A DNA stretch of 64,000 nucleotides from an uncultured Verrucomicrobiae bacterium (GTDB taxonomy: Bacteria > Verrucomicrobiota > Verrucomicrobiia > Chthoniobacterales > Chthoniobacteraceae). The position numbers were made by a program, and so were the translations under genes. Positions 9,071 through 20,897 of this stretch are shown here, one piece after another. The notes under the pieces were generated by a model. It was not told the DNA's origin, searched no databases, and saw only the letters and a program-made list of their open reading frames with translations. The stretch covers positions 832,001-896,000 of the forward strand of contig CAVYKI010000003.1 of NCBI GenBank assembly GCA_963769025.1, in the 5' to 3' direction. Numbering within the stretch: position 1 is the first letter of the stretch; every line of letters begins with the position of its first letter.

Positions 9071-10287
9071 AGCAAAACGGCGCACTCGCAGCGTTCCTCG
9101 GCCCGGATGCCCACGGCTGGCGTGTCAGCGTCGGCGGTGGCGCGGAGCAGAGCGTCGCCACGATGGGCGAGGCGGTCGCTTCCTTGCCGGCGCATGCAAA
9201 TGTGGAGCTCGCTCTGCCGTGCCAGTCCGTCCTCATCGAGCGGCACAAGCTGCCCTCCACCGACAGCGCGGAGCTCGCCGACATGCTCCAGCTCCAGCTC
9301 GAAAAGACGCTCCCCTACCCGCTCGAGGACGTGAGCCACGGCTTCGAGGTGCTGAGCCAGACCGAAAATGAAAGCACGGTGCTCACTTTCGCCGCGTCCC
9401 GCATGCAGCTCGACGAGCTCTGCGCGCCGATGCGCGAAAAGGGCCACATCCCGGGTCGCATCACGCTCCAGGCGCTGCGCGTCGCGGCCTCCTGCCCGGA
9501 GACCGGCCACATCCTCGCCATCTGGCCCGAGCAGGAACAGACCGCGTGCGCCATCATCACCGACGGCAAGCTCGCGTGGGCACAGCCCATCGCCGGGCTC
9601 GGGCCGGATGCGGTGCTCACGGAATTGCCCGGCCTCCTGCTCTCTGCCGAGCTCCAAGGCGTGCCCACGGAATTTTCCGAGATCCGCGTCGCCGAGGAAA
9701 CAGCGGGCCTCGCCGAGGCGCTGAAGGCGCAGTTTGGAAAACCCGTGCTCCCCATCGGCGCGCTGCCCGGCGCGAAGGCCGCGCTCGATCTGCTGCCGCC
9801 CGCGTGGCAGGCAGACCTCCGCCGGCAGGAGCGCGGCGACAAGCTGAAGCAAAACCTGGTCATCGCGGGCGTCCTTTACCTCGTGCTGGTGGCCGTGGCA
9901 TTCGGCTACCTCGCGTGGATGAAGCGCGAGGTCCAGACCGCGCAGGGCGAACACGACGCGATGAAGCCGCGATTTGCCGGCATCGAAAAACAGATGGGCC
10001 GCTGGGATTCGCTCGCGCCGGTCATCGAGCCGAAGCGCTACCTCGTCGAGGTGCTCCACCAGCTCACGAAGGCGTGGAAGCAGAATGACAGGCTCCAGTT
10101 CACCTCGCTCACCTTCGGCCCGCGCGAATGGATCGCGAAGGGCGAGGGCACGACGGATGCGCGTTTCGACCTCGTGACCCGGCTGAAGGCGAGCAAGGAA
10201 TTCGACGCCTTCGACCTCCAGTTCCCGCCCGAGCAGCCGCTGAAGGACGACCGGTTCTCATTCGTCATCACCGGGAAACCCCACTGA
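9067..10287 (+). CDS. GspL/PilM-PilN-like inner-membrane platform protein
   Basis: Follows gspK; LQLEKTLPY actin-like segment, DLLP motif then a TM helix and periplasmic domain. Confidence 0.7.
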   Translation: MKQNGALAAFLGPDAHGWRVSVGGGAEQSVATMGEAVASLPAHANVELALPCQSVLIERHKLPSTDSAELADMLQLQLEKTLPYPLEDVSHGFEVLSQTENESTVLTFAASRMQLDELCAPMREKGHIPGRITLQALRVAASCPETGHILAIWPEQEQTACAIITDGKLAWAQPIAGLGPDAVLTELPGLLLSAELQGVPTEFSEIRVAEETAGLAEALKAQFGKPVLPIGALPGAKAALDLLPPAWQADLRRQERGDKLKQNLVIAGVLYLVLVAVAFGYLAWMKREVQTAQGEHDAMKPRFAGIEKQMGRWDSLAPVIEPKRYLVEVLHQLTKAWKQNDRLQFTSLTFGPREWIAKGEGTTDARFDLVTRLKASKEFDAFDLQFPPEQPLKDDRFSFVITGKPH

Positions 10288-10289
10288 GC

Positions 10290-10820
10290 ATGCTCGCCAC
10301 GATGAACAAGCGGGAAAAGTTTCTCCTCACCGTCACGGCCGTGGTGGTCGGCGTGCTGGTGAACTTCTATCTCGTCAAATTTTTCCTCGCGAACCGCACC
10401 GACCTCGCGCGCCAGCTCGCGATGACGCAGGCGAAAGTCGATACGCTGAAAAAGCGCGAGTCCGAGCGTGAACTCTGGTCGCGCCGCGACGCGTGGCTGA
10501 ATGAAAAGCTGCCCGTCCTCGGCGACCCCGATGTCGCGAGCAAGGCGTTGCGCGAATCCATCCTCGAGCTGGCCAAGAAGCATACCGTCACCCTCGAGTC
10601 GCCCGCGCCCAGCAACCCCGTCACCCGCCCCGGCCACATCTCTCTCGCGGTGAAGGTCGATGCGAAGGCGCCGTGGGGCGCGATGTTCAGTTTTCTCCAT
10701 GAGCTTCAGGGCCCGGAAGAATTCATCGCGATCGAAAACTGCGAAATCAAGGTGAACCGAGACGACAAGACGCAGCTCCGCGCCTCGCTCACCATCGCCC
10801 GCTGGTACGCGCCAAACTAG
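10290..10820 (+). CDS. GspM/PilO-like protein
   Basis: MNKREKFLL followed by TM helix, coiled coil and ferredoxin-like C-terminus. Confidence 0.7.
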   Translation: MLATMNKREKFLLTVTAVVVGVLVNFYLVKFFLANRTDLARQLAMTQAKVDTLKKRESERELWSRRDAWLNEKLPVLGDPDVASKALRESILELAKKHTVTLESPAPSNPVTRPGHISLAVKVDAKAPWGAMFSFLHELQGPEEFIAIENCEIKVNRDDKTQLRASLTIARWYAPN

Positions 10821-10877
10821 CGTCGCCGCCGCAGCGCTTGCCCCCGTCCCCGGTCCGTGCGAGCTTCCGCCGCTGCC

Positions 10878-11510
10878 ATGAAACCCCTCGTCATTTTCCT
10901 CGCCCTCTCCGCCGCGGCCAGCGCGGACGACATCATCCCGCAGGCGCTGCCCATGGATCGCTACTCCGAGACCGCCGCGACGTCCCCGTTCGTCCTCGAG
11001 ACGAAATCCACCGAGGCGCCGGTCGTCGAGAAGGTGAATCCCTTTCAGAATCTCTACCTCAGCGGCATCGGGAAGGCGGACGGGAAGGATTACGTCCTGA
11101 TTCAGCGTCTCGGTGAGGATCGCCCGATGCGCTTCATCGGGAACGAACCCGGCACCGATGAACTCGCAGTGAAGTCGGTCCTGATCGGGAATAATTTCCG
11201 CGAGACCAAGGTCGTCCTGCAAAAGGGAACCGAAACGGGCGAAGTCAAATTCAAGGAAGACTCGCTCAGCGCGCCGCCGCCCGCCGCTCCGGGAAATCGC
11301 CCGCCCGCGGCGTCCGGCCAGTTCCAAAAACCCGCAGGCATGCCCATCCCTCAGCCACAGGCCCAGACGGTGCGTCCGCCGCAATTTGGCACGATGACAC
11401 AGGTGCCGCGGCCTCAGGGGGCCGTGCCGCTGCCACAGGCCCCCAAGCCGCCGAGCATCCCGCAAACCCCCGGTGCGCCGAAGGGGCGGCTCCGCGTGAT
11501 CAATAACTGA
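10878..11510 (+). CDS. Exported Pro-rich protein, possibly GspC/PilP-like
   Basis: Signal peptide, SPF motif, LYLSGIGK, Pro/Gln-rich tail; last gene of the T2SS cluster. Confidence 0.55.
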   Translation: MKPLVIFLALSAAASADDIIPQALPMDRYSETAATSPFVLETKSTEAPVVEKVNPFQNLYLSGIGKADGKDYVLIQRLGEDRPMRFIGNEPGTDELAVKSVLIGNNFRETKVVLQKGTETGEVKFKEDSLSAPPPAAPGNRPPAASGQFQKPAGMPIPQPQAQTVRPPQFGTMTQVPRPQGAVPLPQAPKPPSIPQTPGAPKGRLRVINN

Positions 11511-11516
11511 TCGCCG

Positions 11517-12410
11517 TCACTGCCCGCGCCCGGCGAGCTGCTCCCACAGGGCGCGCTCCTTTTCGCCGAGGCTCGTCGGAAGCAGGACCTTCGCCTCCGC
11601 AAACAGATCGCCGCGCACGCCGGGGCCGGATGGCAGGCCGCGGCCCTTCAGCCGGAATTTCTGCCCCGGCTGCGTGCCCGCCGGGATCTTCATCTTCACC
11701 GCGCCGTCTGGCGTCGGCACCTCCACCTCGCCGCCGAGCACCGCGGACCACACGGGGATCGGCACCGCGCGGATCAAATCGAAACCGTCCGTGCGGTACT
11801 CCACATGCGGCGCGATTTTCACGAGCAGGAAAAGGTCGCCCCGTCCCCCGCCGCCGATCCCTTCGCCGCCCTGGCCGGCGAGCCGGATCTTCTGCCCGCC
11901 CCGCACGCCCCGCGGGACATTCACCGTCACCGTCTCCGCCCGGCCGCCGCGCTCGAGCGTGAACGCCTTGCGGCCGCCATGCAGCGCCTCCTCGATCGTC
12001 ACGGGCAGCTCCAGCTCCACATCATTCCCGCGCTGCGCAAATGAGCCGAAGCCCGGCTTCCGCTTCCGCCCGCCCCCTCCACCGAAAAACGCCTCGAAGA
12101 AATCGCTGAACGCGCCGCCATTGCCCCCGCCGAAATCCATTCCCCCGCCCTGCTGCCATTCCGGCGGCGGACCCTGGTGGCCCGGCCGGTTCCAGTCCGC
12201 GCCGAGTTCGTCGTAGCGCTTCCGCTTTTCCGGATCGCTCAGGACCTCGTTGGCCTCGTTGATCTCCTTGAACTTCGCCTCCGCCGTCTTCTTGTCCTTC
12301 GCGACATCGGGGTGATGCTGCCGCGCGAGCTTGCGGAAAGCTTTTCGAATTTCGTCCTGCGACGCCGTCTTCGCGACGCCGAGCACTGAATAGTAGTCCT
12401 TGAACTGCAC
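11517..12410 (-). CDS. cbpA: DnaJ-class chaperone, CbpA type (J domain plus C-terminal domain, no Zn finger)
   Basis: FKDYYSVLGV, HPD, FSDFFEAFFG, IPAGTQPG; GTG start. Confidence 0.9.
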   Translation of the reverse strand: MQFKDYYSVLGVAKTASQDEIRKAFRKLARQHHPDVAKDKKTAEAKFKEINEANEVLSDPEKRKRYDELGADWNRPGHQGPPPEWQQGGGMDFGGGNGGAFSDFFEAFFGGGGGRKRKPGFGSFAQRGNDVELELPVTIEEALHGGRKAFTLERGGRAETVTVNVPRGVRGGQKIRLAGQGGEGIGGGGRGDLFLLVKIAPHVEYRTDGFDLIRAVPIPVWSAVLGGEVEVPTPDGAVKMKIPAGTQPGQKFRLKGRGLPSGPGVRGDLFAEAKVLLPTSLGEKERALWEQLAGRGQ

Positions 12411-12519
12411 ACGATGATGAAAGCGAACGCGCGGATTCAATCAACCAGACAAATCGCGCCACTCGCGGACGCACCAGTCGGTGCTTGTTCACATAAGGTG
12501 CGGCATTCAGTTTCCGCCG

Positions 12520-12918
12520 ATGAAGTCGTTTCTCCGCTTCGCCGTCGCAATCATCGCCACTTTCACCTGCAGCCTCGCCGCAGTGCCGGACGAAATCCGG
12601 CAGGACCTCGGCAAGCTCGTGCCCGAGACAATCCGGCTCCTTGAGGCGAAGGAATACGCCACCGTGCTCGAGACGCTCGTGCCGCCGGATGACTTCAAGA
12701 AGATCACCTCGGAGCTGCCGCTCGCCGAGTTCGCCGCGAAGTTTGGTGAAAAAAAGGCGGCGGAGCTCCTCGCGGTGATGAAGATCGTGAAGGATCAGAA
12801 GCCGAAGCTTTCCGATGACGGAAATATCGCGACCGTCAGCCTCCCCGAGAGCACCGAGTTTCCGAAAAAGGAAATCGTGTTCGTGAAAATCGAGGGCCGT
12901 TGGTTCATCAAGAACTGA
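12520..12918 (+). CDS. Small secreted hypothetical protein (NTF2-like C-terminus)
   Basis: Signal peptide; ends FVKIEGRWFIKN. Confidence 0.7.
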   Translation: MKSFLRFAVAIIATFTCSLAAVPDEIRQDLGKLVPETIRLLEAKEYATVLETLVPPDDFKKITSELPLAEFAAKFGEKKAAELLAVMKIVKDQKPKLSDDGNIATVSLPESTEFPKKEIVFVKIEGRWFIKN

Positions 12919-13047
12919 TGCGTTCCCGCACGTAGCCACTCACGGCTGCGCGTAGCGCCGGGCGAAGCGGCCACAGGCGCCCGGTGGAATTCCGGCTTCG
13001 CCGGCGACAAACCCAAAGCTCCGGGGGCGGCGCAGGTTTCAACTCCC

Positions 13048-14055
13048 ATGCGTATCCCACTGTCCCTCCTCGCGGCGCTCGGCATCCTCAACGGCAGCAT
13101 CTTCGCCGCCGAGGCGCCGGCAACGAAACCCGCCGACCCCGCTGCCCCGAAACCCGCCGCGCCGAAGCGCGTCGATCCCGTCCTGCCCACCCCGACCGCC
13201 GCGGATGTCGTCTACGGGAAGCACCCGAAGCAGGTGCTGCATTTCTGGAAGGCCGAATCGGACAAGCCGACGCCGCTGCTTTTCTACATCCACGGCGGCG
13301 GCTGGCAGGGCGGCAACCGCACGAGCGTCGCTGGCATGCTGCCCATCATGCTGAAGGCGGGAATCTCCGTGGTTTCCGTCGAGTATCGCTTCATCGCCGA
13401 AGCGACGGCCGACGGCGAAAAGCCGCCGGTGAAAGGTCCGCTGCACGACGCCGCGCGGGCATTGCAGTTCGTGCGCAGCAAGGCGAAGGAGTGGAACATC
13501 GACAAGACGCGCATCGGCGCGAGCGGCGGCAGCGCGGGCGCGTGTTCCTCGCTGTGGCTCGCATTTCACCCCGACATGGCGGACCCGAAGAGCAGCGATC
13601 CCATCGCGCGTGAATCCACGCGGCTGTTTTGCGCGGCGGTGACGGGCGCGCAGACGACGCTCGATCCGAAGCAGATGAAGGAATGGACGCCGAACAGCAA
13701 ATACGGCGGCCATGCGTTCGGCTTCAAGGGCGACGCGGCGGCGAAGCTTTCGCAGTTCGACGAGTTCCTCGCCAAGCGCGACACCATCCTGCCGTGGATC
13801 GCCGAGTATTCGCCCTACGCGCTCGTCACGTCCGACGACCCGCCGATCTACATGCACTACAATGCGCCGCCCGCGATCGGCCAGGAACAGAAGGACCCGA
13901 CGCACACGGCCAACTTCGGCGTGAAGCTGCAGGAGCACTGCAAGGCGAACGGCGTGGAATGCGAACTCTACTACCCCGGCGCTACCGACGCGAAGCACAC
14001 GACTCCGCAGGACTACCTCATCGAGAAGCTCAAGGGCGCTTCCGCGAAAAAGTAG
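13048..14055 (+). CDS. Secreted alpha/beta hydrolase (BD-FAE / HSL-like esterase)
   Basis: HGGGW oxyanion motif, VEYR, GGSAG nucleophile, DPTH. Confidence 0.9.
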   Translation: MRIPLSLLAALGILNGSIFAAEAPATKPADPAAPKPAAPKRVDPVLPTPTAADVVYGKHPKQVLHFWKAESDKPTPLLFYIHGGGWQGGNRTSVAGMLPIMLKAGISVVSVEYRFIAEATADGEKPPVKGPLHDAARALQFVRSKAKEWNIDKTRIGASGGSAGACSSLWLAFHPDMADPKSSDPIARESTRLFCAAVTGAQTTLDPKQMKEWTPNSKYGGHAFGFKGDAAAKLSQFDEFLAKRDTILPWIAEYSPYALVTSDDPPIYMHYNAPPAIGQEQKDPTHTANFGVKLQEHCKANGVECELYYPGATDAKHTTPQDYLIEKLKGASAKK

Positions 14056-14083
14056 CCGGTTCGCTTCCCGAGCGTCCCTCGCC

Positions 14084-15585
14084 GTGAACGCTGTTCGTGT
14101 GAACGCACGCCGCTCCGCCACTTCCATCGCGGCGTTGCGACGTGGATTCCTCGGCTCCGTGGCCGTGGCATTCTTCGCCGCGCTGCTCCCGCTGCATGCC
14201 GCCGCGCCGGCGAAACCGAACATCGTCCTCATCTTCGTGGACAACCTCGGGAACGGGGACCTGCGCTGCTTCAATCCCGCGACACCGCACCGCACGCCGA
14301 ACATCGATCGCCTCGCGGCGGAAGGCACGCGCTTCACGAGCTTCTATGTCGCCAGCGGTGTCTGCACGCCAAGCCGCGCGGCGCTCATGACTGGCTGCTA
14401 CCCGCGACGCCTCGACATGCATGTGAGCGACCGCGGTGCCGTCGTGCTCCAGCCCGTCGCGCGCAAGGGACTCCATCCAGACGAGACGACCATCGCCGAG
14501 GTGCTGAAGTCCGCGGGCTATGCGACCGGCATTTTTGGAAAATGGCATCTCGGCGATCAGCCGGCGTTCCTGCCCACGCGTCAGGGCTTCGACGAGTGGT
14601 TCGGCATCCCGTACTCGGACGACATGACGAAGGACAAACGCCCCGACCGAATGGCCCGAGCTTCCGCTGATGCGCGGGGAAAAGGTGATCGAGGCGCCGG
14701 TGGAAAGGGATTTTCTCGTGAAACGCACGACGGAGGAAGTCATCGCATTCATCGAACGGAACAAGTCGCGGCCATTCTTCGCCTACGTGCCGCACACGAT
14801 GCCCGGTTCCACCGCGCATCCGTATTCAAGCCCGGCCTTCCGCGGCAAATCGGCGAATGGCGAATACGGCGACAGCGTGGAGGAACTCGACTGGAGCACC
14901 GGCGAAATCATGGCCGCGCTCAAGCGCCTCGGCCTCGACGCCAACACGCTTTTCATCTGGACCAGCGACAACGGCGCCGTGATGCGCAACCCGCCGCAGG
15001 GCAGCAGCGCGCCCTACAGGGGCTTCGGCTACGACACGAGCGAGGGCGCGATGCGCATGCCCTGCGTGATGCGCTGGCCGGGGAAAATCCCCGCCGGAAA
15101 AGTGCAGGACGCGCTCTGCTCGACGATGGATCTGCTGCCGACCGTCGCCCAGTTCACCGGCGTGCCGCCGCCCGCGAAGCCGATTGATGGCCGCGACATC
15201 CGCCCGATCGTCTTCGGTGCGGCGGATGCGAAGTCGCACTGGGATGAAGACGGCTTCGGCTACTACCGCCGCGGCCAGTTGCAGGCAGTGCGCGCGGGCC
15301 AGTGGAAGCTCTACCTGCCACTGGAGACGAAGCTCATCGAACAACGCCGCCAAGACATATCCCGCACCCGTGCCGGCGGAACTTTACGATGTGCGCTCCG
15401 ACCTTCACGAGGATCGCGAAGTTTCCGCGCGGCATCCCGACGTGGTGAAGCGCCTCACCGCGCTCGCGGAGAGGATCCGCGGCGAAATCGGCGACGACGA
15501 CAAGCCCGGAACCGGCCAGCGACCCGCCGGGAATGTGGAGAATCCGGTACCGCTGCTTTTGCAGGACGCAAAGCCGCCGCGCTGA
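14084..15585 (+). CDS. Arylsulfatase-family sulfatase, split by apparent frameshifts near 14650 and 15345
   Basis: KPNIVLIFVDNLG, CTPSRAALMTG, GKWHLG, TSDNG, EGAMRMP, ELYD across three ORFs; start uncertain. Confidence 0.88.
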
Positions 15586-15687
15586 TTCGCGGGCCGCTAC
15601 GCCAGACCGGGGCCATCGCCGGAATCGAAAGGAGGTCGCCTCGATGGCAAATAAACGCCACCGTCCGGGGTGAGTTCCCTGCGCCAC

Positions 15688-18600
15688 ATGTCCCGCAAAC
15701 ACCTTCCCCTCCCCCTGACCCCGTTCATCGTGTCCGCGCTCCTGCTGGCGGCGACCGGTCATGCCCAGACGACGCCCGATTTCCAGCGCGACATCCGGCC
15801 CATTCTTTCGAATGTCTGCTTCAAGTGCCACGGGCCCGATCAGGACGAGCGCAAGGGCGGCAAGACGGGGAGCGGACGGGCTGCGCTTCGACACCGAGGA
15901 TGGCTCGCGCGCGGACCTCGATGGTTACTTCGCAATCGTGCCCGGGCATCCCGAGAAGAGTGATTTGATCGCGCGCATCACCACGGACGATCCGGATGAC
16001 CTGATGCCGCCGCCGAAGTCGGGAAAGAAGCTTTCGCCGCGCGAGATCGAATTGCTCACGCAGTGGATCAAGGCCGGCGCGAAATACACGAAGCACTGGG
16101 CCTACGAAAAGCCGGTGCGGCCGCAGTGCCGGAAATCCGTAGTTCGGAATCCGGAATCCGGAATCCCATCGATGCATTCATCCTCGCGCGGCTGGAGAGG
16201 GAGAAGCTCTCGCCGCAGCCGGAGGCGGATCGCCACGCGCTGATCCGCCGCGTTTCGCTCGACCTCACGGGGCTGCCGCCGACGCCGGAGGAGGCGGATG
16301 CCTTCGCCGCTGACAAATCACCGGACGCCTATGGGAAAGTCGTGGACCGGCTGCTCGCATCGCCGGCCTACGGCGAGCACTGGGGCCGCGCGTGGCTCGA
16401 CCTCGCGCGCTATGCCGACTCGGCGGGCTATGCGGACGATCCGCCGCGGACGATCTGGGCGTATCGCGACTACGTCATCCGCGCGTTCAATTCGAACATG
16501 CCGTTCGATCAGTTCACCATCGAGCAGCATCGCCGGCGACCTGCTGCCAAACCCGACCGAGGACCAGCTCATCGCGACCGCCTTTCATCGCAACACGATG
16601 ACGAACAGCGAGGGCGGCACGGACGACGAGGAATTCCGCACCGCCGCGATCGTGGACCGCGCAAACACGACGATGTCCGTGTGGATGGGCACGTCGTTCG
16701 CCTGCGCGCAGTGCCACACGCACAAGTACGACCCGATCACCAACGCGGAATATTTCCGCCTCTACGCATTCCTGAACAACACGGCGGACGCGGACAAAAA
16801 GGATGAGTCGCCCGTGCTCAGCTTCATGACCGCGGAGCAAAAGACGCAGCGCGCGCAATGGGAGGCGGAACTGGCGGCGCTCGATGCGAAATTCAAGACG
16901 CCGCCCGCGCCGGTGATCGCCGGTGCGGCAAAATGGGCGCGCGAATTTCCCTCGAAGCTCGACTGGCGCTCGCCGCAGCCAGCCGCGGCAAAGGCGAAGT
17001 CCGGCGCCGCGATGGAAGCGCAGGCGGACGGCACGATCGCGGTGCCGAAGAACGATGCGAAGAAGGACACCTACACGGTGGAACTTCCGTCGCCGCTCGA
17101 CGGAGACAATTTCCGCGCTCCGAATCGAATCACTCCCGGCGGACACGCTGCCCGGCAAGGGTGCGGGGCATGGCGGCGGGAATTTTGTCGTCACGCGCGT
17201 GCGTGCGACGGTCGTGCCGCCAGCCGGGACCAAGGGGCCGGTCGCGCGCTTCGTCCGCATCGAGCTGCCGGGAAAAAAGAAGATCCTCCAACTCGCGGAG
17301 GTCGAGGTTTTCAGCGGCGCGAAGAACGTCGCGCTTGACGGTGCGGCGACGCAATCCGGGACGCTTGCGGATGCGGAGGCGAAGCGGGCGATCGATGGCA
17401 ACACGGCTGGCGAATACGCGAAGGGCTCCGTCGCACACGCCGCGGAAGGCGACGATCGCTGGTGGGAGGTGGATCTGAAAGCCGACTACCCGCTCGATCG
17501 CATCGTCGTCTGGAATCGCGCCGAGCTGCCCGAACGGCTGAAAGGATTCCGCGTGGTCGCACTCGACGCGAAGCGGCAGCCCGTGTGGGAGCGCGCCGAC
17601 AATGACGCGCCGGCGAAGAGCGTTTCCTTCGCCTTGAACGGGAACCGCGAAATGGCATTCAGCGCCGCAGTCGCGGATTTCACACAAGCCGACTTCGACG
17701 AGCAGGGCGTGCTGTCCGACGCGCCGAAGGACGCCAAGCCGAAAGCCGGCAAGAAGCAGCCGGGCTGGGCGGTCGGCGGCGCGACGACGAAGCCGCACAC
17801 GCTCACGCTCCTCGCCATCGAAGCCCGTGGATGCGCCGGCCGGTTCGCGCATCGTCGTGACCATCGAGCACGAGTCGAAGTTTGAGAAGATGACGCTCGG
17901 GCGCTTCCGCATCGCCGACGACGTCCGACCCGCGCGTCGCCGCGCATGTGCGCACGCCGGTGGACGTGCTCGGCATCCTCGCAGTCGCCGCCGAGCAGCG
18001 GACTCCCGCGCAGCGCGAGCGCCTGAAGGATTACTACGCGCGGCAGCTCGCACCCGAGCTGAAATCCGAGCGCGACAAACTCGCGGCGCTGCGCAAGCAG
18101 ATCGACGGCATGATGCCGGTGACGGTGCCGATGTTCCGCGAGCTCGCCGGCGACCAGCGGCGGAAGACGAAGATTCAACTGCGCGGCAATTTTCTCTCGC
18201 TCGGCGACGAGGTGACGGAAGGCGTGCCCGCGGCATTTCACCCGCTGCCGAAGGACGCGCCGATGAACCGCCTCACGCTCGCGCGCTGGCTGGTGGACGA
18301 GAACAATCCGCTCACCGCGCGCGTGGTCGCGAACCGTTTTTGGGAATCCATCTTCGGCATCGGCATCGTGCGCACGAGCGAGGAATTCGGCGCGCAGGGC
18401 GATGCGCCGTCGCATCCCGAACTGCTCGACTGGCTGGCGACCGAACTGGTCCGCGAAAAGTGGGACATGAAGAAATTCCTGAAGCTGCTCGTGACTTCCG
18501 CGACGTACCGCCAGTCGTCGAAGGTCACGCCTGAACTCGTCGAGCGCGACCCGGACAACCGGCTGCTCGCGCGCGGCCCGCGCTTCCGCATGGGCGCCGA

Positions 18601-19205
18601 GATGGTGCGCGATCAGGCGCTCGCGGTGAGCGGCCTGCTTTCGCGGAAAATGTTCGGCCCGTCGGTGCGCCCGCCGCGTCCGAACATGGGACTGAGCGCG
18701 GCATTCGGCGGCGGCCTCGACTGGGAGACCAGCGCCGGCGAGGACATGCACCGCCGCGCGCTCTACACCGAATGGCGCCGCACCGCGCCGTATCCCTCGA
18801 TGGTCACTTTCGACGCGCCCAACCGCGAGGTCTGCACGCTGCGCCGCAACCGCACGAACACGCCGCTCCAGGCGCTCGTGACGATGAACGACCCGGTGTA
18901 CGTCGAGGCCGCGCAGGCGCTCGCGCGACGCATGGTCGCGGGCGGCTCGACAGCCGAGGAAAAGGCGCGTGCCGGCTTCCGGCTCACGCTCACCCGCCCC
19001 CCGACCGAGAGGGAATTGCGACGCCTCATCGCGCTTCACGAGAGCGTCCTCGCGACCTACCGGCAGGATGAAAAGAAGGCGCGTCGAGATGGCGACGAAT
19101 CCAGTCGGCCCCGCGCCGAAAGGCGCGGACGTCGCCGACCTCGCCGCATGGACGACCGTCGCGAACACTCTGCTGAATCTCGACGAAACCGTGATGAAGC
19201 GCTGA
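15688..19205 (+). CDS. PSCyt1-DUF1549-DUF1553 (planctomycete cytochrome c) protein with inserted lectin-like domain; several frameshifts
   Basis: [100 protein letters not shown]. Confidence 0.9.
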
Positions 19206-19210
19206 ACCCC

Positions 19211-20672
<1,462 letters not shown>

Positions 20673-20727
20673 AGCGACCGGGCTTCGCGGCGTCTGCCGA
20701 TCTCCGAGAACATGGGCCGAAGTCGGA

Positions 20728-20830
20728 TTTAAACGCAAAGGCGCAGAGCGGAATAGGGAGGCCCGCAGAGGGGAATGAAAAACATCTCTCCGTGTCCCTA
20801 TCTATTTTCTCTGCGCCTCTGCGTCTTAAA
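20728..20830. repeat. Intergenic palindromic element (ACGCAGAG-type)
   Basis: tttaaacgcaaaggcgcagag ... ctctgcgcctctgcgtcttaaa; same family as the outer arms at 4272-4455. Confidence 0.7.
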
Positions 20831-20897
20831 AATGCGTCTCGGTCTGCCCTAAGATGACCGCGCAGATTGCGTCCATTTTCACCAACACTCAGATCCC

